A stretch of DNA of 64,000 bases, taken from the IMG/VR virus record IMGVR_UViG_3300036716_000812; one strand, 5' to 3'. The DNA is from an uncultured virus (IMG/VR IMGVR_UViG_3300036716_000812). Lineage: Duplodnaviria > Heunggongvirae > Uroviricota > Caudoviricetes. The notes under the pieces are model-generated. The model was not told the origin of the DNA and did not search any database. It saw only the letters and a program-made list of their open reading frames with translations. The position numbers were made by a program, and so were the translations under genes. Positions 1-7,518 of the stretch are shown here, piece after piece; position 1 is the stretch's first letter; every line of letters begins with the position of its first letter.

Positions 1-15
1 CATGATTCTATTTAT

Positions 16-23
16 GATAAATA
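16..23 (+). promoter_or_regulatory. Putative T4-like late promoter (GATAAATA) upstream of the UDP-glucose dehydrogenase gene
   Basis: GATAAATA resembles the T4 late consensus TATAAATA; the same octamer recurs upstream of virion genes in this window. Confidence 0.55.
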
Positions 24-59
24 ATATCAGTAGTTAATTATTTTATCAAAGGAGTTAAA

Positions 60-1271
60 ATGAAAATAGGCGTAATTGGTGTAGGTAGATTAGGACAAGA
101 CTGTGCCGAAGTAATGGCAGAGAATGGACACGAAGTATCAGGTTATGATATTAATCCATTTGAATCAGAATCAATCACTCAAGTAGAAACAATAGAAGAA
201 CTGGTCAAAGACAAACAATATGTATTTGTTTCTGTGCCAACTCCTCACGACCCTGCATATGATGGTAGCACACCAGCAATGCATTTAGAACCCAAAGACT
301 TTGATTACACAATCGCTAAGAGTGTAATAGAAGAAGCCAATACTTATATGAATGATAGTCAATCTATTATTCTTATTTCTACAGTAATGCCTGGCACTAT
401 CAGAAATCAAATCATTCCACTAGTAACTAATACTAAGTTTGTTTATAATCCATACTTGATTGCTATGGGAACAATACGATGGGATATGGTTAATCCAGAA
501 ATGATTATGATAGGGACAGAAGATGGTTCTAAAACTGGCCTTGCTAGTGACTTGTCTTTCTTCTATTCATCTTTTATGGATAACAATCCAAGAACTGTAA
601 TTGGTACTTGGGAAGAAATAGAGACTATGAAGATTTTCTATAATACATTTATTAGTACTAAAGTTGTACTGACTAATATGGTTATGGATGTCGCACTGAA
701 AGTTGGAAACATTAATGTTGATGTAGTAACGGAGGCACTACAAGGATGTGACAAACGAATTACTGGTCCACAATATATGACTGCTGGTATGCCAGACGGT
801 GGGTCTTGTCATCCGAGAGATAACATTGCAATGCGATGGTTAGCACAAGAGTATGACTTAGGATATGATTTATTTCACAATGTTATGTTAGCAAGAGAAG
901 TACAAGCAAAGAATATGGCAGATGCAGTTGTCAAACAAGCAAACGCACACGATATGAAAGTTATTATTGTCGGCAAGGCATACAAAGTAGACGTAGAATA
1001 TGAACATGGAAGTGGAAGTATACTCGTAGGACACTATGTGAAAGAGGCTGGAGTAGAATTACACTACTACGATACTCATACTGGCGACTATTATCAGTCT
1101 GATGAACCCGCAGTTTATCTTTTAGCACACAATTTTGGTAAGATATCAGAAGAAAATACGACAAATAGTGTTAGAATTCTTGATGGAAGTGTAGTAATTG
1201 ACCCTTGGAGACAGTATGAAAACGAGAATTGTACTGTAATTCACTTCGGAAACACAAGAATTCACCAATAA
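60..1271 (+). CDS. ugd: UDP-glucose/GDP-mannose dehydrogenase family protein
   Basis: N-terminal GVGRLG Rossmann motif, VPTP, ISTVMPG, YNPY, catalytic GGSCHPRD; RBS GGAG. Confidence 0.9.
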   Translation: MKIGVIGVGRLGQDCAEVMAENGHEVSGYDINPFESESITQVETIEELVKDKQYVFVSVPTPHDPAYDGSTPAMHLEPKDFDYTIAKSVIEEANTYMNDSQSIILISTVMPGTIRNQIIPLVTNTKFVYNPYLIAMGTIRWDMVNPEMIMIGTEDGSKTGLASDLSFFYSSFMDNNPRTVIGTWEEIETMKIFYNTFISTKVVLTNMVMDVALKVGNINVDVVTEALQGCDKRITGPQYMTAGMPDGGSCHPRDNIAMRWLAQEYDLGYDLFHNVMLAREVQAKNMADAVVKQANAHDMKVIIVGKAYKVDVEYEHGSGSILVGHYVKEAGVELHYYDTHTGDYYQSDEPAVYLLAHNFGKISEENTTNSVRILDGSVVIDPWRQYENENCTVIHFGNTRIHQ

Positions 1272-1283
1272 CCACTCAAAAAC

Positions 1284-1311
1284 TTGACAGAATACGGTTT
1301 TATGCTATAAT
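1284..1311 (+). promoter_or_regulatory. Sigma70-type promoter
   Basis: TTGACA-16 nt-TATAAT with extended -10 TG. Confidence 0.8.
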
Positions 1312-1343
1312 ATATCTATATTAATCATAAAAGGGTATATAAT

Positions 1344-2975
1344 ATGAAAATGACATCAACACTATTGGCGATATCATTACTAGGAGTATCTAGTATAACA
1401 CACGCCACAGGATGTTCTGATGGTAGTGAGCCAGTTAAAACAGTTTCTAGTGATGGTAGTTACTATACATACAAATGTAATGTTTCTTCGGCTCCAGTCA
1501 ATTCAACAGAGCCTGGAACAGTATCGCTATCATCGGATGTACAGAAATCAACTACAACAGGAAACTGGTTCCCCGATGAAGTCATGTATAGTCCACACTA
1601 TGCAAAATACTCTCAACAGTTTCGTTTAAAAGCATGGACCTCAACTCACTGGCAATTTGCTGATTTCGATAATGATGGAATCCAAGATTTCTTTATGATA
1701 ACAAACCCAATGCAAACTGGTTTTGATTGGTCAGCCGATAGTCCAGAGTGTAACACGTCAATCGGAACTTGCTTTTCAGATGTAGGTTCATTTAGTCTTA
1801 TTAAGGTTTCACAAATGGGTCAAAGTTTTACTGGGGTGGAAGTGACTAATGATTTCTTTATAGATAATAATCCTATTGAAATGAAAGGGACTGATGGCAC
1901 CGACTTACATGTTGCTGACTTTAATGGTGATGGCGTATTCGATGTTTTTCAAACTGAAAACGTTTCAATTAATAAGGATAAAACTGGTAAGAATGATATG
2001 TTCTTTCTATCTCAACCAGATGGAACGTGGTTAGAGTCAACTGCTACTCACGTAACTGGTACATGGGATTGTTCATATTGTAAGTGGGGCACTAAAGGTC
2101 ATGGTGTTAAGGAAGGTAAAGGTTTGATTAACTTCTCTCACGGTTCATCAATTGGTGATATTGACGGTGATGGTGATATTGATATCGTAGTGACAAGTAT
2201 TGTATGGCACGGATGGACAAAAAGTCAATCTAAAAGAACAGAAAACGGTTACATATATTGCTACATCAATCAAGGTGATGGACATATGAAAGTTCGTCAG
2301 TGTGGTGACCAATGGGGCAACTCAGGTGAACTTGGTGATATTGACAATGATGGTGACTTAGATTTAGTATGGGGCGCAAGGCAGATGTCTTGGGTTTTAG
2401 AATGGAACACCCATGATAAGATGCCAGGCTGTACTAGCCATAATAGTTGTAACAGTGCATTTAATGGTGTTCTGTTAAATGATGGAACTGGTAACTTCTA
2501 TGAACGTGGTTTTGAGTTTGACGATGTATTTACAAAAACTACAGGTTTTGCTTATCAAGGAACTCCTGCAATAGGTCTCATTGACTTAGATGGCGATGAT
2601 GATTTAGATGTTGTTCGAAGCCATGTTGGAATGTTATATTCTGGTGCTGGAATGACCATTGAAGAAAATATTGGCAACGGACAATTCAGAACAGTTCTAC
2701 ACGAAGAGTTTTGTGCCGGTAACACAAACAAGAATGACTGGATGAGAAATGAAGGTGGAAGCCATAACTGTTGGGTTAATGACTTTAAGTTTGGTGATTT
2801 CAATAAAGATGGTCTTGTTGATATCTACTTAGATGGACATGATGCTAATAAAAGTAATGTTGTCCAAGATGGAACAATCTATATGAGTAATGGTAAATTT
2901 ACATACGATATAGTAAATCCAAATGATGCAGATTATCCATTGAAAAACATAAATTTAAGAACAACTAGAAAATAG
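1344..2975 (+). CDS. Secreted FG-GAP/VCBS-repeat beta-propeller protein
   Basis: N-terminal signal peptide; repeated Ca-binding motifs (DFDNDGIQD, DFNGDGVFD, DIDGDGDID, DIDNDGDLD, DLDGDDDLD, DFNKDGLVD); paired cysteines. Confidence 0.8.
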   Translation: MKMTSTLLAISLLGVSSITHATGCSDGSEPVKTVSSDGSYYTYKCNVSSAPVNSTEPGTVSLSSDVQKSTTTGNWFPDEVMYSPHYAKYSQQFRLKAWTSTHWQFADFDNDGIQDFFMITNPMQTGFDWSADSPECNTSIGTCFSDVGSFSLIKVSQMGQSFTGVEVTNDFFIDNNPIEMKGTDGTDLHVADFNGDGVFDVFQTENVSINKDKTGKNDMFFLSQPDGTWLESTATHVTGTWDCSYCKWGTKGHGVKEGKGLINFSHGSSIGDIDGDGDIDIVVTSIVWHGWTKSQSKRTENGYIYCYINQGDGHMKVRQCGDQWGNSGELGDIDNDGDLDLVWGARQMSWVLEWNTHDKMPGCTSHNSCNSAFNGVLLNDGTGNFYERGFEFDDVFTKTTGFAYQGTPAIGLIDLDGDDDLDVVRSHVGMLYSGAGMTIEENIGNGQFRTVLHEEFCAGNTNKNDWMRNEGGSHNCWVNDFKFGDFNKDGLVDIYLDGHDANKSNVVQDGTIYMSNGKFTYDIVNPNDADYPLKNINLRTTRK

Positions 2976-2997
2976 AACTAAACAAAAACAAACAATG

Positions 2998-3022
2998 AGC
3001 CCTCTTTATGAGGGCTTTTTTT
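2998..3022 (+). terminator. Intrinsic terminator
   Basis: AGCCCTC-TTTAT-GAGGGCT stem-loop followed by a T run. Confidence 0.85.
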
Positions 3023-3026
3023 ATAT

Positions 3027-3034
3027 GATAAATA
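3027..3034 (+). promoter_or_regulatory. Putative late promoter (GATAAATA) for the cupin-methyltransferase-SDR operon
   Basis: Octamer immediately after the terminator and ~35 nt upstream of the ATG. Confidence 0.55.
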
Positions 3035-3069
3035 GTTATATACAGAGTTAATAAACGGTAGATAATTAT

Positions 3070-3450
3070 ATGCATATTAGAAAACTTGACCCAGAAATTA
3101 ATCCAATCACACTCAAAGATGGTAGAGGTGGAATATTCACATACTATCCAGAACAAGGTGACCCAGTTGTAGAATGGAGTTTCATTGTAACTCTCAAGGG
3201 TTCACAACGCGGACATCACTATCATAAAGAGTTCGATGAATACATCATGTTTGTAGAAGGCAATGGAGTATACTTAGAGTTACAAGACGATGGTACTGAG
3301 GTCCCTACTCCTGTTGCTTCTGGTGACTGTGTATACTTACCAAAGAACATAGCACATACATTCATTCCAATGGCTGATTGTAAGATGGTCGCAATGATAA
3401 CAAAGAAGTGGAACGACTGTGACGAACCTATCACTAGAGCAGGCGAGTAA
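3070..3450 (+). CDS. Cupin-fold NDP-sugar epimerase/isomerase (RmlC/FdtA-like)
   Basis: DGRGGIF, RGHHYHK and AHTF cupin motifs; sugar-gene context. Confidence 0.75.
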   Translation: MHIRKLDPEINPITLKDGRGGIFTYYPEQGDPVVEWSFIVTLKGSQRGHHYHKEFDEYIMFVEGNGVYLELQDDGTEVPTPVASGDCVYLPKNIAHTFIPMADCKMVAMITKKWNDCDEPITRAGE

Positions 3451-4652
3451 TGATAATTAATGAGAAAGATACTTGTAGAGTTTGTGATAGTCCTGTTCAT
3501 TTAGTTGTAGACTTTGGTGAAATATGTATCAACGATTTTCCTCAATCTAGTCAAGACCCTACTTCATCTGCACCAATGGTGTTAGACCAATGTGAGAAGT
3601 GTGACTTAGTTCAACTTCGTCATACTGTTGACCCGAAGGTATTATATGGTGAACATTATTGGTACGAGAGTGGATTGAATCAGAAACTAAAAGACAATCT
3701 AATCGACATAGCAAAGATTATCAATACATATACTGATGAGGGTGATACAGTATTAGACATTGGTGCGAACGATGGAACTCTATTAGATGGAGTATCAAGG
3801 TATAGAATTAGAATTGGATGCGAACCAGCACCAAACTTGCGGGACAAGTTAAAAGATAACTGTGATATAATGATTCCAGAAATGTGGGACCACAAATATC
3901 TTGACCAATACATCTGCACTCATCCTTCAACAGAATATATAAACAACAAAGCAAAGGCAATCACCGCTATTGGTATGTTTTATGATATGGATAATCCAAA
4001 TGATTTCATATCAAGTGTGAAAGAAGCACTGACAGATGATGGCATTTTTATTGCACAGTTAATGACACTCGCACCAATGTTAAGAATGAGAGACTTAGGT
4101 AATGTCTGTCACGAACATTTAGAATATTATTCATATGCGAGTCTTGTAGAGTTGTATGAACGCAACGGATTAGAAATATATCACGTTGAAGAGAACGATA
4201 TTCAAGGTGGAAGTTATCAACTATGGGCAAGACATTTAAAAGATGGTAGCATTTCATATGACGAAGACATATCAACACTGAAAGATTTCTTCTCAGAGAT
4301 TGAACACAATGGCAAAGTTCTAAGAGATACACTTGAAACATATAACGATAAGAACTGTTACGTATATGGTGCAAGTACAAAAGGTAATACAATGTTACAA
4401 CTGTGGGAATTAGGAAAGTACTTTAAAGGTGCGGCTGAAATTCATACAGACAAAGTAGGAAGAGTGACTGTTGGTACTAATATTCCAATCGTACACGAAG
4501 ATGATGCTAAAAAAGATGCTGATGTATTCTTTGTTCCTAATTTTGGATTTAAAGATATGTTTGTAGAAAAAGAAAAAGAATGGATAGATAAGGGAGGCAT
4601 AATGGTATTCGCTATGCCTGATGTAGAAATTATTAAAGGTAATAACAAATGA
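3450..4652 (+). CDS. NDP-hexose C-methyltransferase (class I SAM, Zn-binding N-terminus)
   Basis: CRVC..CEKC zinc motif, VLDIGANDG, HEHLEYYS and YGASTKGN motifs typical of sugar C-methyltransferases. Confidence 0.85.
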   Translation: MIINEKDTCRVCDSPVHLVVDFGEICINDFPQSSQDPTSSAPMVLDQCEKCDLVQLRHTVDPKVLYGEHYWYESGLNQKLKDNLIDIAKIINTYTDEGDTVLDIGANDGTLLDGVSRYRIRIGCEPAPNLRDKLKDNCDIMIPEMWDHKYLDQYICTHPSTEYINNKAKAITAIGMFYDMDNPNDFISSVKEALTDDGIFIAQLMTLAPMLRMRDLGNVCHEHLEYYSYASLVELYERNGLEIYHVEENDIQGGSYQLWARHLKDGSISYDEDISTLKDFFSEIEHNGKVLRDTLETYNDKNCYVYGASTKGNTMLQLWELGKYFKGAAEIHTDKVGRVTVGTNIPIVHEDDAKKDADVFFVPNFGFKDMFVEKEKEWIDKGGIMVFAMPDVEIIKGNNK

Positions 4653-5563
4653 AAATAGCAATAACAGGTGGTGCAGGATATGTAGGATGTAGACTTAGTG
4701 AACACTTTCTAAAACAAGGTCACGAAGTTATATGTATCGATTGGATGCGATGGGGAGTTACTCCGATATTAAATATCATAGACCATCCCAACTTTCATCT
4801 TCACGTCATGGACATTAGGAACAAAAAAGTTGAGTCTGTAATCAAATCAGCAGATGCAGTTATTCATCTAGCAGGCATTGTTGGTTATCCAGCGTGTGAT
4901 GCCGAGCCAATACTAGCACACTCTATCAATGTCGAAGCAACGAAAAGAGTTATAGATGCAACAGGTGATAAACCCTTTGTGTATGCAAGTACAGGCAGTG
5001 TGTATGGTGCCCTTAATAGCACTTGCACAGAAGACTCAGAAACAAATCCAATCAGTAAGTATAGTGAATACAAACTAATAGGTGAAGAATACTCAGGAGA
5101 TAACGCAGTTATCTTTAGACCAGCAACTGCATTTGGTGTCAGTAATAGATTACGAAATGATTTACTCGTCAATGACTTTGTTAATCAAGCAGTTAATGTG
5201 GGCGAACTCATATTGTTCGAAGGTCATTTCAAACGAACATTTTTGAGTATCAACGATTTGGTCCGAGGCTTTGCTATGGGAATAGAGAAGTATGATGATA
5301 TGAAAGGTGAAGTTTGGAACGTTGGTGATGAAACTCTTAATCATACAAAGTTAGATATAGCAACAACTATTCAAAAATATGTTGACTATGACCTTGAAGT
5401 GAACACAACATTAGAACACGATAAAGATGGAAGAAACTACTTCGTTGATTATTCTAAGATAAAAGAACGTACGGGATTTGTAGCAACAGAAACACTCAAC
5501 TCTGGTATATTAAATCTTGTCACACTTTATAAGGCCAGTTCTCACAACATCACATATAGATAA
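4649..5563 (+). CDS. NAD-dependent epimerase/dehydratase (extended SDR)
   Basis: TGGAGYVG, HLAG, STGSVYG, YSEYK (YxxxK). Confidence 0.88.
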   Translation: MKIAITGGAGYVGCRLSEHFLKQGHEVICIDWMRWGVTPILNIIDHPNFHLHVMDIRNKKVESVIKSADAVIHLAGIVGYPACDAEPILAHSINVEATKRVIDATGDKPFVYASTGSVYGALNSTCTEDSETNPISKYSEYKLIGEEYSGDNAVIFRPATAFGVSNRLRNDLLVNDFVNQAVNVGELILFEGHFKRTFLSINDLVRGFAMGIEKYDDMKGEVWNVGDETLNHTKLDIATTIQKYVDYDLEVNTTLEHDKDGRNYFVDYSKIKERTGFVATETLNSGILNLVTLYKASSHNITYR

Positions 5564-6595
5564 TACATCATCTCTAGTTAAGTCTGCTTGACCTGGTAAA
5601 TGTAATCCCATCTTTGCTATGTAATCAGTATTAGGTGTTGGAGTTTTCCATTGACTATGAAATGGTTGGTCACATAAACTATAGTATACTGCTCTACATC
5701 CTATGCCATGTTCTCTAAGATAGTTTGCTAACTCATCTCTATTGTCAACTAAGATTTCTGGATAAGTTGGTGCTGTAGAATCTAAATCAGTATAAACAAA
5801 ATCACAAACATCGTGTAGTCCCTCAGTGTACGCATCATAGATATCTTTCTTGCGTTCAACAATGCCAGGCAACTTTTTCATTTGTTCAACACCGAATGCG
5901 GCTTGAATGTCTGTAAACTTAAAGTTCATACCCATTACATTATACACTTCGCCCACAGCAACAGTTCTGCCAAAGTTCTTTATAGCAACTATCTTCTTGC
6001 TTAGTTCTTCATCATTAGTGATGATACAACCACCTTGACCTGTTGTGATAATCTTAGGAGCACCAAAACTGAATATTCCAAGATGACCCATTGTACCAAT
6101 ATGATTTTCTTTATGCCAACTTCCTAATGCTTGGGCACTATCTTCAATTACAAATCTTCCTTCACTTCTCAACTTTGCTATATGTAACCATGCATCATCT
6201 GAATATCTTCCATTGATACTCGTAACAAACACAACACGACAATCATCAGGTATACTTTCAAAGTCAATAGTATAAGAAGACTGGTCAACATCAACTATTA
6301 CTGGTGTTGCTCCCATTAGAATAGCACCATTAGCCGTAGCGGCTTGTGTATAGGCACTTACAGCAAATCTTTCATTGGGTTTTATATCAGCAACCATTGA
6401 TGCAACTAAGAGACCAGTCGTAGCACTAGTTACCATATGTGCGTACTTGGCGCCAGTATAGTCACATATCATTTGTTCCATCTCTCTAGTCTTGGTGTGT
6501 TCCATTATCCAACCACCAGAGTTGATGTACTCTGTTACACTATCTATTTCTTCTTGCCCATATACTGGGTTCATGTGGCTGTTAGGTGTTATCAT
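5510..6595 (-). CDS. DegT/DnrJ/EryC1/StrS PLP-dependent sugar aminotransferase
   Basis: VTSAT, IEDSAQALG, SFGAPKIITTGQGG (PLP lysine), GMNFKFTDIQAA. Confidence 0.9.
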   Translation of the reverse strand: MITPNSHMNPVYGQEEIDSVTEYINSGGWIMEHTKTREMEQMICDYTGAKYAHMVTSATTGLLVASMVADIKPNERFAVSAYTQAATANGAILMGATPVIVDVDQSSYTIDFESIPDDCRVVFVTSINGRYSDDAWLHIAKLRSEGRFVIEDSAQALGSWHKENHIGTMGHLGIFSFGAPKIITTGQGGCIITNDEELSKKIVAIKNFGRTVAVGEVYNVMGMNFKFTDIQAAFGVEQMKKLPGIVERKKDIYDAYTEGLHDVCDFVYTDLDSTAPTYPEILVDNRDELANYLREHGIGCRAVYYSLCDQPFHSQWKTPTPNTDYIAKMGLHLPGQADLTRDDVLSICDVVRTGLIKCDKI

Positions 6596-7490
6596 AATAC
6601 CATCCGTATGTTTCTGTTAATGCTTCTTCTAATGTATAGTTTGGTGTCCATCCTAGTTCTTTCAATCTTGAATTATCAATTGCTCTGTTTTTAATTCCTT
6701 CTGGTCTATCAGTGTTGTACCATAATGTACCTTTGAATCCACTTATCTCTTTCAATGTTTCTGCTAATGTTCTAATAGAAGTTTCAACTCCACTAGCAAC
6801 GTTAACTGTATCATATTTATTATTGTTTAGAATTATATCCATTGCACTCACGGCATCCTTGATATAAATCAAGTCTCTACTTTGATTACCGCTTCCCCAT
6901 ATTTCAATCTGCTCATGGTCTTCTTTGACTGCTGTAACAAACTTTTGCATCAATGCACCAATTACGTGTGCGTGTTCGCCAGTTCTGTCACCGGGTCCAA
7001 ACATATTAGAGTTGATTGCAGTTCGCCAATGCGTTCCTGCTTTTTCATTCTTTGCTCTACATTGATACATGCCCATTAACTTTGGCAATGCTGTTGGCAA
7101 ATATGTTTTGTATGGTTCGCCGTTCATCAATTGGTCTTCAGTGTACGGTTGACTTCCTTCAGCAGGATAACTACAAGTGCTTCCTTGTAGTAGCACTCTA
7201 TCTATTCCAAACTCAGAACATACATTGAATATATTATTCTGAATAGTTAAATTCTTTATCATCAGTTCATAAGCAAAATCTAAATCTTCTTGCAGACCAC
7301 CAACAGTAGCCGCATTGATTACTACGTGAGTTGGTAATCCATATGTCTTGTTCAGTCTGTCGAATTCTGCATGTGTACTAGTTGCATCACTGTAATCTAC
7401 GGTGTCAGTGTTACCGCCCATAGCGTTTCTAACTACTGTGTTGTAGTGTGACCCTACTAATCCTCGATTGCCTGCTATATAATATTTCAT
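6582..7490 (-). CDS. fcl: GDP-L-fucose synthase-like epimerase/reductase with an atypical active site
   Basis: AGNRGLVGS, AATVGG, GSTCSYP, NMFGPGD, HVIGAL, IWGSG..SRDLIY; the YxxxK Tyr appears replaced by Thr. Confidence 0.8.
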   Translation of the reverse strand: MKYYIAGNRGLVGSHYNTVVRNAMGGNTDTVDYSDATSTHAEFDRLNKTYGLPTHVVINAATVGGLQEDLDFAYELMIKNLTIQNNIFNVCSEFGIDRVLLQGSTCSYPAEGSQPYTEDQLMNGEPYKTYLPTALPKLMGMYQCRAKNEKAGTHWRTAINSNMFGPGDRTGEHAHVIGALMQKFVTAVKEDHEQIEIWGSGNQSRDLIYIKDAVSAMDIILNNNKYDTVNVASGVETSIRTLAETLKEISGFKGTLWYNTDRPEGIKNRAIDNSRLKELGWTPNYTLEEALTETYGWYYDNT

Positions 7491-7518
7491 GCTATCCTTT
7501 TGTGTAGTGGTATTTAGT

